DNA from: Candidatus Poseidoniales archaeon
GTDB taxonomy: Archaea; Thermoplasmatota; Poseidoniia; Poseidoniales; Poseidoniaceae
NCBI GenBank assembly: GCA_038105035.1
Contig: JAYOBT010000008.1
Coordinates: forward strand, 1 to 55,930
Direction of reading: 5' to 3'
Length of the DNA stretch: 55,930 nucleotides
Positions 23,759 to 33,054 of this stretch are shown here, in pieces; position 1 is the first letter of the stretch, and each line of letters starts with the position of its first letter. A model generated the notes under the pieces. The model searched no databases. It was not told where the DNA came from and saw only the letters and a program-made list of their open reading frames with translations. A program made the translations under genes and the position numbers.

Positions 23759-25081
23759 ATGTCAGACATGGAACCAGCACGCGGAATGGAAGGACTGCCG
23801 CTCCTTCCTTCGCTCTCCGTCATGGTCGAAGAACTACCACAATCCTTGGTAGAGGTCATCGATTGGTTTCACCAAAACAACTCCAATGTTTGGATTGTAG
23901 GTGGTGCGATTCGAAACGCATTATTGGGAACGAAGATTCTCGAATTCGATTTAGCAACAACAATGACGCCCGATGATATGAAAGCCTATCCAGATACAAT
24001 ACCTACGGGTGAACGGTACGGTACAATCACATTTCGAAACAGCGGCGATTGCTATGAAGTTACAACACTTCGAACAGAATTCGGATACAACGATGGAAGA
24101 AGGCCAGACGAAGTCCAGTGGGGAAATTCTCTGCTTGTTGACCTCTCCCGAAGAGATTTGACAATGAACTCAGTTGCCGTTGATCCTGTGAATCAGGTGT
24201 TCTACGACCCATTCGATGGGCATGGTGATTTACAAAATGGACGTATTCGCTCTGTTGGAGATGCAACGAAGCGGTTGTCCGAAGATGCACTACGCATCAT
24301 GCGTACCTACAGATTCATGGACCAAGGCCAGGCGGGCATTTGGTGGCCTGAACGGCAACTTGCAGATGCACTGCGGGCAACCAAACCCATGCTTGGGCGA
24401 ATCGCCAGTGAGCGCATTTGGTCCGAATTGAAACGTATCCTCCTTGGACAACATGCATCAGAAATCGTTCAACGTATGGCAGATGATGGGATTTTGAAAC
24501 AAATTTTGAATCTGGATTGGGAGCAGGACGATCTCCGAATCAAGCTCCTCAATGGGGTTGAGGGAGATGATGTCATCGATCGCTTGATCGTGTTGCTCAG
24601 AGACTTCTCTTCCGAGGATTGTGAACAAGTTGCAGCAACGCTTCGATTGAGTGGACAAGAGAAAAAGAGCCTTCTTTTTCGCCAATCAAAATTAGGTCAC
24701 TTGCCCGAGGATACAGAGTCCAAGATGCGTATCTATGCAGTCGTCATGGGGACATGGGGTAGACAACACCTCGGCATCGAAAGGATGTTTGCACAAACCG
24801 ATTCTTCGCTTGATTACTCTGAGGACGAAGTTCAACGAAGATTGGATCGATTCTTGAAATTAAACATCGATCTCAACGTGCAACCCTTGGCATCTGGCGA
24901 ATACATTATGCAACAAACAAATATGCCACATGGGCCCAAACTTGGAGCATTGAAAGCGTGGCTTTTCTATGAACAAGTCGCACGAAATTTGACCACACTG
25001 GATGAAATCGATACGCTTCTTTGCACCCTTTCATGGCATTCTGAGGATACATCGCGTTGGCCAAAACTTCAATTCCCCTAA
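23759..25081 (+). CDS. cca: Class II (bacterial-type) CCA tRNA nucleotidyltransferase
   Basis: IVGGAIRN..LG...EFDLAT, RTE....DGRRP, DLSRRDLTMN, EDALRIMR..RF, SERIWSEL. Confidence 0.85.
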   Translation: MSDMEPARGMEGLPLLPSLSVMVEELPQSLVEVIDWFHQNNSNVWIVGGAIRNALLGTKILEFDLATTMTPDDMKAYPDTIPTGERYGTITFRNSGDCYEVTTLRTEFGYNDGRRPDEVQWGNSLLVDLSRRDLTMNSVAVDPVNQVFYDPFDGHGDLQNGRIRSVGDATKRLSEDALRIMRTYRFMDQGQAGIWWPERQLADALRATKPMLGRIASERIWSELKRILLGQHASEIVQRMADDGILKQILNLDWEQDDLRIKLLNGVEGDDVIDRLIVLLRDFSSEDCEQVAATLRLSGQEKKSLLFRQSKLGHLPEDTESKMRIYAVVMGTWGRQHLGIERMFAQTDSSLDYSEDEVQRRLDRFLKLNIDLNVQPLASGEYIMQQTNMPHGPKLGALKAWLFYEQVARNLTTLDEIDTLLCTLSWHSEDTSRWPKLQFP

Positions 25082-25125
25082 CTTGATAGTCCAACCACAC
25101 GCAGGTGTCTACAGGACGTGAACCA

Positions 25126-26046
25126 ATGTCTGTCAAGCAAGTCCTTCAAGCAAAAATGGAGAAACACATTCAAGAGATGGTCACAACCAATCCGATGATT
25201 GGTCAATTGAATACCCAATTCACCAGTTGGCTTCTTGGTTCTGGACTGACGGGTACTGAAATCATCCAAATGATTGATTCAAACATGGATGCTGTCATCC
25301 AACCAACAGAACTCTCAAGTGCGCTTCAGCGAACTACTGGGACAGAACCCCCTGGCTGGGTCATCAACGGCCTCATGTCTGTCCTCGACATGGACAAGGA
25401 CGGAAATGTGACTGTCGCAGACCTTCACACCTATTTCGAAACGATAGGTCTGCCGAGTGGAATTGAAGAAGAGCCAGAACCGGAAGAAGACGAATTCGAG
25501 GAACTCGATCAGGAAATAGCGGAAGAAGCTCGCAGACAAGCCGAGGAACTTATCCGTCAGCAAGAGGCTGAAAAACAGCGATTGTTGGAGGAACAGCAAG
25601 CAAAAGAGGCTGCTGAACGAGAAGCAGAAGAACAAGCACGAAGAGAGGAAGAGGCTGCGAAAGCCAAACCAGAACCAATCCTCCTCGAAGAGGATGGGAG
25701 TCCCGTCGGTCATGCACGTTTTATCGAAATACTCCAAGGTATGAAGCTCAACAGTGAACGCCGCAAAGCGATTGCTCAATCACCCACCCAATCCTGTCAA
25801 ATCCACATATCATCAATCGAAATGACCCTGATTGGGCAAGAATCGATGAAAAACGGAATGACAATTATTGGTACGCTCCTGGAAAACAGGGACATTGAAG
25901 TTGAACTCCAACTACCTTCAGAAGCGAACGAGGAAGTTCAGGCATTCCAATCGAATCACTCCATCGAAGTCGTAGCACGAATCAATGGTTGGAACGTTGG
26001 ACGAAAACGAGCGATCCTCACGGCGTCCGATTTCCAGTATTCATAG
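25126..26046 (+). CDS. Hypothetical protein with EF-hand pair and Glu/Ala/Gln-rich coiled coil
   Basis: Loops DSNMDAVIQPTE and DMDKDGNVTVAD flanked by helices; charged helical middle section. Confidence 0.7.
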   Translation: MSVKQVLQAKMEKHIQEMVTTNPMIGQLNTQFTSWLLGSGLTGTEIIQMIDSNMDAVIQPTELSSALQRTTGTEPPGWVINGLMSVLDMDKDGNVTVADLHTYFETIGLPSGIEEEPEPEEDEFEELDQEIAEEARRQAEELIRQQEAEKQRLLEEQQAKEAAEREAEEQARREEEAAKAKPEPILLEEDGSPVGHARFIEILQGMKLNSERRKAIAQSPTQSCQIHISSIEMTLIGQESMKNGMTIIGTLLENRDIEVELQLPSEANEEVQAFQSNHSIEVVARINGWNVGRKRAILTASDFQYS

Positions 26047-27210
26047 AAGGCTTCGGGCAACAACAATTCGTTGCACTTCTTGTGTTCCTTCATAGATTTG
26101 CGTAATTTTGGCATCTCGGAAGAATCGCTCAACTGGGAACTCTTTGGTATAGCCGTACCCACCGTGAACCTGAATCGCACGCTCGGAAACCCACATAGCC
26201 GTGTCTCCTGCGTAAAGTTTGGCCATGCTCGCTTCCTTGGTGTGACGTGGCCCGCCGTGTTCGTAGTGCTGTTGTTTTGCCCAAGACGCCTTGTAGACCA
26301 AAAGGCGTGCTGCATCGATGCGTGTCGCCATGTCAGCGAGATAGCCCATGATCATCTGGTGATGAGCAATTGGTTTTCCAAACGCCTCTCGCTCGTGGGC
26401 GTACTTGAGCGATGCTTCGTATGCTCCTTGGGCAATGCCGAGTGCTTGTGCTGCAATACCGATACGAGAGTTGTCAAGTGCATTCATGGCAATAGGGAAG
26501 CCATTTCCAGCACCCTTGATGATGTTCTCAACGGGAACCTTGCAATCCTTGAGGACGAGCGTGCATGTGTCTGAGGAACGAATACCTAGTTTGTCTTCCT
26601 TTTTGCCGACAGAAAAGCCCTCAAACGATGAATCGACGATGAAGGCCGTTGTTCCACCGTGCCTCTTTACACCGTAATCTGGATGATCAACATCCTTTGC
26701 GAAGAGGACGATGATTTTGGCTTGTGCACCGTTGGTGACCCACATCTTCTCACCATTGAGGATGTAATGTGTTCCATCATCGGATAGTTTTGCTTTGCAG
26801 GTCATTGCTGCAGCATCTGTACCTGCTCCCGCTTCAGAAAGTGAGTATGCACCTACTTCGCCTTCTGCGAGCCTAGGCAGATATGTCTCTTTTTGATAAT
26901 CGTCTCCATGGAGTGCGATGGTCTTCGCACACAATCCAACATGAACGCAGAACATAACTGAGAATGATGGATCAACACGTGCGAGCTCCTCGACGATAAT
27001 CGATTCAGAGATATCATCGACTGGCATTCCGCCATACTGCTCGGGTACAGTGACCCCCTGCAGCCCCAGTTCGAGGAATTGTTGCCATTCCTCTGATGGA
27101 GGGGTTTGCGTTTGGTCTCTGTGTTCAACTGTTGGCGCAAGAACTGTTTCTGCGAAATCGCGCACCATCTCTCGAATCATGTCTTGTTCATCGGTTGTTT
27201 TGAAGTCCAA
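26041..27210 (-). CDS. Acyl-CoA dehydrogenase
   Basis: YSLSEAGAGTD, LNGEKMWVTNG, KLGIRSS, RDAKITQIYEGTQEVQR. TTG start after GGTGAGAG. Confidence 0.95.
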   Translation of the reverse strand: MDFKTTDEQDMIREMVRDFAETVLAPTVEHRDQTQTPPSEEWQQFLELGLQGVTVPEQYGGMPVDDISESIIVEELARVDPSFSVMFCVHVGLCAKTIALHGDDYQKETYLPRLAEGEVGAYSLSEAGAGTDAAAMTCKAKLSDDGTHYILNGEKMWVTNGAQAKIIVLFAKDVDHPDYGVKRHGGTTAFIVDSSFEGFSVGKKEDKLGIRSSDTCTLVLKDCKVPVENIIKGAGNGFPIAMNALDNSRIGIAAQALGIAQGAYEASLKYAHEREAFGKPIAHHQMIMGYLADMATRIDAARLLVYKASWAKQQHYEHGGPRHTKEASMAKLYAGDTAMWVSERAIQVHGGYGYTKEFPVERFFRDAKITQIYEGTQEVQRIVVARSLL

Positions 27211-27329
27211 ACTCTCACCATATGCGCCTAGGTAGGGCCCTCACTTAATGGATGTGCTATGGCCACGTCACCACGAATCTAGCGATGGTTCATATAGGAG
27301 TTGTTTGAGCCGCGTACAGGTGAAATGAC

Positions 27330-27734
27330 TTGGATGAAGAGGTCGTTGAATTTAATATCGCACACAATCGAAAGTACTCAATTGACCATCTCTGGTACCA
27401 AGAGAAGGATGATGAGAAAATCATGGTCGGCATCAGTGAATTCATGGGCGTCGAGATTGGAGAAGTTCTCCGAGTCATCCTTCCGCAAGCAGAAACCATG
27501 GTCGATGAGGGTCAAGACATGTTCTCTCTTTGGACAGGCGATGAGAAAATAGCCTTCACTGCACCGTTCTCAGGAACCATTACGGAAGTCAACGGAGAAG
27601 TCGAGATCAACCCAGACCTCGTCAATGAGTCTGCTTACGATCTTGGCTGGATTCTGGTTCTCCAACCGTTCCAGTTCGACATGGAGAATCTACTCGAACC
27701 TGACGAATATGTCGAGTATCTCTCCGAACTTTGA
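27330..27734 (+). CDS. Glycine cleavage H protein-like (lipoyl lysine apparently absent)
   Basis: YSIDHLW, VGISEF...IGEV, APFSGTITEVN, PDLVN..AY..GW. Canonical ESVK replaced by WTGD. TTG start after CAGGTGA. Confidence 0.8.
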   Translation: MDEEVVEFNIAHNRKYSIDHLWYQEKDDEKIMVGISEFMGVEIGEVLRVILPQAETMVDEGQDMFSLWTGDEKIAFTAPFSGTITEVNGEVEINPDLVNESAYDLGWILVLQPFQFDMENLLEPDEYVEYLSEL

Positions 27735-27751
27735 TGCAACGAAGTGGAACC

Positions 27752-28333
27752 ATGTCAAATCCATTGCAGCGATTGAAGGAATCACTTCTGGCTGCACCCA
27801 TTATCTGGAAAGGCGACTATCCATATTTCATTCACCCTTTGACCGATGGCGTACCTCGTCTCGAACCTTCGGTCCTCACCGCCGTAGTTGAACTGATTGA
27901 AAACGCTGTACACTGGGAGTCGATTGACCTGGTATTAGGTATCGAAGCCATGGGGCTTCCCTTGACAAGCCCTCTTTCAATGAGAAACAACCGTCCGCAA
28001 GTTGTAGTTAGGAAGCGTTCTTATGGACTCGAGGGCGAACTTGCCATCGATCAATCTACAGGCTATTCCAAAGGTGCGATGTTCCTCAACGACATCAAAG
28101 AGGGCGAACGCATACTTGTTGTCGACGATGTATTGTCCACGGGCGGAACGCTCGATGCCATCATCAATGGTATCGAATCCCTCGGTGCGATAATTGAAGC
28201 GATCATTGTGGTTGTCGAAAAGGGGCCTGGATTGTCCCAACTGCAAGAAAAATATCCGCACATTGAAATTTCATCCATTGTTCGACTCCAAATGGAAGAA
28301 GGCAAGGTTGTCCTTCTTGATGAGGTGATATAA
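27752..28333 (+). CDS. hpt: Archaeal purine phosphoribosyltransferase (HGPRT/APRT-like)
   Basis: YPYFIHPLTDG, IEAMGLP, RKRSYGL, VVDDVLSTGGT PRPP motif. Alternative start at 27734. Confidence 0.88.
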   Translation: MSNPLQRLKESLLAAPIIWKGDYPYFIHPLTDGVPRLEPSVLTAVVELIENAVHWESIDLVLGIEAMGLPLTSPLSMRNNRPQVVVRKRSYGLEGELAIDQSTGYSKGAMFLNDIKEGERILVVDDVLSTGGTLDAIINGIESLGAIIEAIIVVVEKGPGLSQLQEKYPHIEISSIVRLQMEEGKVVLLDEVI

Positions 28334-29439
28334 TGGATTTGGACAGACACGATTTTCAACTTGAGGAACTCATTGAGCGCATACAGAAAAATGACAACCG
28401 TCTCGTTGCGCTTCAAGTTCCTGAAGGATTGAAGATGCAAGCACTTGAAATGATGGATGAAATTGAATCTGGCTCTGGAGCAAAGGTTGTTTTGGCCGCC
28501 GATCCATGTTACGGAGCATGTGATTTGGTCCATGATAAAATGAAGATGATGGGTGTAGAGCTCGTTGCCCATATGGGGCATTCGCAGATGAACATCGATT
28601 CAGGTATGCCTACGCAGTTCATCGATGTCACCTACGATGGGGATCCCGAACTTGCACCTGTGATTCCCATGCTCAATGCCCATTTGGAAATCGCAAAAAA
28701 GAGGATGACTGAGCAATCAACCGGCGGTTTGACTGAGGAAGAAGCACAAGAACGCTTCATGGATGCGGTTGGACGCATGACTCCTCTGAAAGACACCAAA
28801 CTCGGATTGGTTGGAAGCATCCAACACTTGCACCTTCTACCAGAATTTCACGACCGCTTGGAACAGGCTGGGTTTGACGTGACGATTCCGATGGGGGGTG
28901 CACGACTCACCTTCCCTGGCCAAGTTTTGGGTTGCAATTATTCTGGTGATGACGACACCATTGGACACTACCTTTTCCTTGGAAGTGGAGATTTTCATCC
29001 AATTGGATTGGTCCTCCATACAGGGAAACCACTTGCCATGCTTGATCCATATTCTGGTGATGCCATCGAGATGTCATTCGAGCGAATTGAACGGATTCTA
29101 CGTCAACGTTTTGGATTGATTATGTCGTCAATGGATGCTGAAAAGTTTGGCATTCTTATCGGTGAGAAACCAGGTCAAATGCGACGAACACTCGCTCTTC
29201 GAATGAAGCGCTTGTTGGAAAAGCATGGAAAGAAGGGGTACCTCTTGGCTCTCGAACACGTTGGACCTGAATTGATTGATTTCTATCCTGTGGATGCTTT
29301 TGTTAACACAGCATGTCCTCGTATTGCCATAGATGATGCTGTCAAGTACGCCAAACCTTTGATTACGCCATTCGAACTCGAAGTTGCACTCGGCGAAAAG
29401 AAGTGGGAACTCGGATATCAGTTCGATGAAATCCCCTGA
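28333..29439 (+). CDS. dph2: Diphthamide biosynthesis enzyme Dph2
   Basis: LQVPEGLK, PCYGACD, GQVLGCN, GDFHP, NTACPRIAIDD (three Fe-S cysteines). Confidence 0.94.
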   Translation: MDLDRHDFQLEELIERIQKNDNRLVALQVPEGLKMQALEMMDEIESGSGAKVVLAADPCYGACDLVHDKMKMMGVELVAHMGHSQMNIDSGMPTQFIDVTYDGDPELAPVIPMLNAHLEIAKKRMTEQSTGGLTEEEAQERFMDAVGRMTPLKDTKLGLVGSIQHLHLLPEFHDRLEQAGFDVTIPMGGARLTFPGQVLGCNYSGDDDTIGHYLFLGSGDFHPIGLVLHTGKPLAMLDPYSGDAIEMSFERIERILRQRFGLIMSSMDAEKFGILIGEKPGQMRRTLALRMKRLLEKHGKKGYLLALEHVGPELIDFYPVDAFVNTACPRIAIDDAVKYAKPLITPFELEVALGEKKWELGYQFDEIP

Positions 29440-29507
29440 ACAACGCTTAATTTTTGGTTGGAAAAGAGCGAGTGTTCAAGAACGGTTGGCATCAAGATGC
29501 AACCAGC

Positions 29508-30692
29508 ATGAGCGACTATCTCGACCGAATCGGTTCAGGATTTATCCTCCTGAACCCTGATCCTCTGGACTTTGACTACATTCCAGAGGCGATGGTAGGG
29601 CGAGAAAGCATTCAACAAACTCTTGCAGGAAAATTTCATTCCATCGCTCATCCTAATGGGAGTGCAAATGTGGTCATCACTGGTCCAGTGGGAAGTGGAA
29701 AAACGCTTCTTGCTCGAACATTCTGCCGTGATATTGAACACCACCTACGGAACAAGCGACCGATAAAAAGCGTTCACATCAACTGTCGAAATGCGACAAC
29801 AAACGTCCGAGTTGCCCAACGTATTGTTCAGTCCCTCGATCCTGGTCATCCAGATCGTGGGCTTTCGATGGGTGAATTGTTGAGCAGTCTGAGAAAACTA
29901 TTGAGAAACAACGGACGACATTTGATCATCGTCTTGGACGAAGTCGATCATTTGTTGCGGAAATCTGGAAACGACCTTATCTATCAATTGCTTCGGATAG
30001 ATGAGGATCAAGACGGAAGTGGTACGCTATCTCTCATTCTCATTAGCCAAGAGCAAGTGCTTGATGTTCTCGAAAACGCTGTCATTTCCAGGTTTGGCCA
30101 CACCAACCATTTGCCTATACCGCCTTACGACATGAAAGGACTTCTTGCGATTGCACGACAGCGTGCTGAAGCTGCACTCAATCCCAAATCATGGGATGAA
30201 GAACTGCTCAAGCTTATCGCTACGTCTGCGGCTCCCTCCGGTGATGCCAGACAGGTGATTGAACTGCTTGGTGCTGCTGTTGAACATGCTGAATCCGATG
30301 GACAAAAGAGCATCCTTCCTGAACACGTTCAGACCAAGGCTCGCGATGTCCCCCAGGTTATGCCAGAGGATGTTCTCGATGAGTTATCTGGCCACTCGAT
30401 GTTGGTCCTCCTCGGCGTTTGCCGACGTTTGCGGAAGGCTGAATTCATGACCAGCAAAGACGTCGAGTCAATTTATGCTGTGGTTTGCGAAGAGTACGAA
30501 GTGAAGCCACGTAGCCATACAACCGTCTGGAAATTCCTCAAGCACATCGAGAGTTTGAACATCATCGCCACCCGTGTCGATACGGTAGGTGAAGGACGTG
30601 GACGAACAACTCACATCTCTATGCCACACGCTCTCCCAGTGGATGTTGCTGCGCGAATTGAAGGTCGTGTTGCTCGGAAACTGAAACGATGA
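29508..30692 (+). CDS. cdc6: Orc1/Cdc6 replication initiator family protein
   Basis: LDFDYIPE..VGRE, Walker A GPVGSGKT, HINC, Walker B VLDEVD, GDARQ, C-terminal winged helix with GRGRT wing. Confidence 0.93.
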   Translation: MSDYLDRIGSGFILLNPDPLDFDYIPEAMVGRESIQQTLAGKFHSIAHPNGSANVVITGPVGSGKTLLARTFCRDIEHHLRNKRPIKSVHINCRNATTNVRVAQRIVQSLDPGHPDRGLSMGELLSSLRKLLRNNGRHLIIVLDEVDHLLRKSGNDLIYQLLRIDEDQDGSGTLSLILISQEQVLDVLENAVISRFGHTNHLPIPPYDMKGLLAIARQRAEAALNPKSWDEELLKLIATSAAPSGDARQVIELLGAAVEHAESDGQKSILPEHVQTKARDVPQVMPEDVLDELSGHSMLVLLGVCRRLRKAEFMTSKDVESIYAVVCEEYEVKPRSHTTVWKFLKHIESLNIIATRVDTVGEGRGRTTHISMPHALPVDVAARIEGRVARKLKR

Positions 30693-30759
30693 AGAACAAA
30701 TAGCATGCGGTGAGGCTAAATAGGGGTCGTTTGTCGCTAGGTTGCTAGAGGAATGCATC

Positions 30760-31275
30760 ATGGCTGATGGAAATTCATTTGTTGCAGTGGTCAACGATAC
30801 CACAACGAAGTTGACTCGTACCACCAAGAACGGTAAGGAGAAGACATACTCCCCGTCGTACAAGACCGTCATTGCTGGAAACAATCACGCTCAATTGCTC
30901 GGTAAGAAAATCGGCGATGTCATCGATGGAATCTTCGTCGGCGAAGGCGAATCCACTCTCACAGGGTACAAACTCGAAATCACTGGTGGTTCAGACAAGA
31001 CTGGAACGCCAATGCGCCGTGATCTTGACGGTGGTTCCCGTCAGGCCATCCTCGTCACCGCTTCGACTGGTTTCAAGGGACACAGCCTCGTCTCCAAGAC
31101 CAAGAAAGGTGAGAAGAAGCGATTCCGTTACAAGCCAGAAGGTATGCGAAAGCGACGTGTCTTCCGTGGAAACACAATTACACAAGACACACGTCAAATC
31201 AATCTCAAAGTTGTCGACGCTGGAAACATCGGCCTTGACAAGTTGCTCGGTGAGGAAGAAGCTGCAGCGGAGTGA
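30760..31275 (+). CDS. rps6e: 30S ribosomal protein S6e
   Basis: LLGKKIGD.IDG, YKLEITGGSDKTGTPMRRD, GMRKRRVFRGN.I...TRQINLK. Confidence 0.95.
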   Translation: MADGNSFVAVVNDTTTKLTRTTKNGKEKTYSPSYKTVIAGNNHAQLLGKKIGDVIDGIFVGEGESTLTGYKLEITGGSDKTGTPMRRDLDGGSRQAILVTASTGFKGHSLVSKTKKGEKKRFRYKPEGMRKRRVFRGNTITQDTRQINLKVVDAGNIGLDKLLGEEEAAAE

Positions 31276-31317
31276 AACCCGAGAGGGTTGAATCGATGAA
31301 CAAGGAGGAAGGGAAGC

Positions 31318-32556
31318 ATGGCACGAACCCTTCCATCCCAACCTGAAGTCAATATTGGTCTCGTCGGCCACGTTGACCATGGGAAAACAACACTCACTCA
31401 AGCACTCTCTGGCGTCTGGACTGACACACACTCCGAAGAACGGCGCCGTGGAATCTCCATCAAACTCGGGTATGCCGATACGGCATTTTACAAGACTGAA
31501 TCAGACCAGTATTATGCCACTGGACGTCACCCTGAAGGAGGGAAAGATGTCGATTCTGAACTTCAACGCGTTGTATCCTTCGTTGACGCTCCCGGTCACG
31601 AGACCTTGATGGCGATTATGATTACTGGAGCATCCATAATGGATGGAGCCATGTTGATGGTGGCTGCGAACGAAACCTGTCCTCAACCTCAAACTCGAGA
31701 ACACTTGATGGCACTCGAAATTGCTGGCATCAAGAACATTGTTATCGTCCAAAATAAAATTGATCTCGTCTCAAGAGAGCGGGCCATGGAATCATACAAC
31801 GAGATCAAGACCTTCCTCAAGGGAACCATTGCAGAGGAGGCGCCTGTTATTCCAGTTTCAGCCCATCATGATGTCAACTTGGACATTCTGATTGAAGCGA
31901 TTGAAAGGACCATTCCTACACCAAATCGAGATGCAGATGAAAGAGCTGTCATGCATATTGCCCGCTCATTCGACGTCAATCGCCCGGGCACTCGGCCTAC
32001 GAAATTGACCGGAGGAGTCATTGGAGGCTCGATTACCGAGGGCACCTTCCGAGAGGGTGATGAAATCATCATCGGACCAGGACGCAAGATTGAGAACGGA
32101 AACAAATCCCACTGGGAGCCTATTGAAACGACCATCACAAGCATGCAAGGTGGCGGTGGAAAGCGTGAGCAAATGACTGCAGGGGGTCTGTGTGGTTTTG
32201 GAACACTGCTTGACCCATCCATCACAACCGCCGACAATCTCTCAGGCCAAGTTCTGGCCAAGAAGGGTGAACTTCCTGAAGTCAGAACGGAATGCTCAAT
32301 TCAAGTCAATTTGATGAAGAACATGGTCGCTGGCGATGGAGAAGCGCCTGAGACAATTCACCCGTTGCGAAACAACGAGATGTTGATGGTCAATGTTGCG
32401 ACGTCAACATCGGTTGGTATTGTCAAAGGTGTCGAGAAGAACAACGCTAAGCTGCATTTGCGCCTTCCAATCTGCGCAGATCAAGGGCAACGCGTGTCGC
32501 TCTCACGTCGTGTTGGAGCACGATGGCGCCTCATCGGTCATGGAACCATTCAATGA
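31318..32556 (+). CDS. eif2g: Translation initiation factor 2 gamma subunit
   Basis: QPEVNIGLVGHVDHGKTT, HSEE.RRGISIKLGYA, DAPGHE, QNKID, SRRVGARWRLIG. Confidence 0.97.
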   Translation: MARTLPSQPEVNIGLVGHVDHGKTTLTQALSGVWTDTHSEERRRGISIKLGYADTAFYKTESDQYYATGRHPEGGKDVDSELQRVVSFVDAPGHETLMAIMITGASIMDGAMLMVAANETCPQPQTREHLMALEIAGIKNIVIVQNKIDLVSRERAMESYNEIKTFLKGTIAEEAPVIPVSAHHDVNLDILIEAIERTIPTPNRDADERAVMHIARSFDVNRPGTRPTKLTGGVIGGSITEGTFREGDEIIIGPGRKIENGNKSHWEPIETTITSMQGGGGKREQMTAGGLCGFGTLLDPSITTADNLSGQVLAKKGELPEVRTECSIQVNLMKNMVAGDGEAPETIHPLRNNEMLMVNVATSTSVGIVKGVEKNNAKLHLRLPICADQGQRVSLSRRVGARWRLIGHGTIQ

Positions 32557-32565
32557 GGTGAATGC

Positions 32566-32940
32566 ATGGGCGAAGTGCTCATTGATGCATGCGGTTGGGT
32601 CGCACTCGTTGATGGATCCTTCAACATCGACACAGCGCTCTCAAATCTGGTAGGGCCGCCACAATTCATCCTCATCGATTTGGTTCAACAAGAACTTGAG
32701 GAGATTGACGCAACCCGTCCACGCGGAAAAAAACTGATGCTTGACCTCTTAATGCAGAGATCTACACGTGTCGATCATCCAACCATGCACACAGACGATG
32801 CACTCCTTGAAGTAGCACTTGAACGGGGAGCCCCGCTACTCACAGTTGATGCCAATCTTAAGAAAAGAGCTCTCGATAATTCTGTTGGAATCCTAGAAGT
32901 TGTTAAAGGTAAGAACATCAGATTGGTCAATGGTCTATAG
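32566..32940 (+). CDS. PIN domain protein (Fcf1/Utp24-like)
   Basis: VLIDA, V..EL, TDDALL, LLTVD..L acidic pattern. Usual archaeal position after eif2g. Confidence 0.82.
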   Translation: MGEVLIDACGWVALVDGSFNIDTALSNLVGPPQFILIDLVQQELEEIDATRPRGKKLMLDLLMQRSTRVDHPTMHTDDALLEVALERGAPLLTVDANLKKRALDNSVGILEVVKGKNIRLVNGL

Positions 32941-33016
32941 AGATTGGACTGCTGAAATATTAAACCTGCTTTGAAAGATTAATAAATTAAATTCTATATT
33001 CTCAATAAAACGTAGG

Positions 33017-33054
33017 TGGAGTTATTATATACGCCCATTTTTCTAATAACTCCA
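33017..33054. promoter_or_regulatory. Perfect 11-bp inverted repeat overlapping a TATA-like box; candidate operator
   Basis: TGGAGTTATTA (33017-33027), N16, TAATAACTCCA (33044-33054). TTATATA about 25 nt upstream of ATG 33054, preceded by an AT-rich tract. Confidence 0.65.

Noticed and set aside
25460-25670. GAA/GCA-rich repetitive DNA
   Set aside because: Reflects a Glu/Ala/Gln coiled-coil coding region, not a DNA repeat element.
29440-29507. Possible replication origin next to orc1/cdc6
   Set aside because: Flanking intergenic regions are under 70 bp, with no ORB repeats or AT-rich unwinding element visible.
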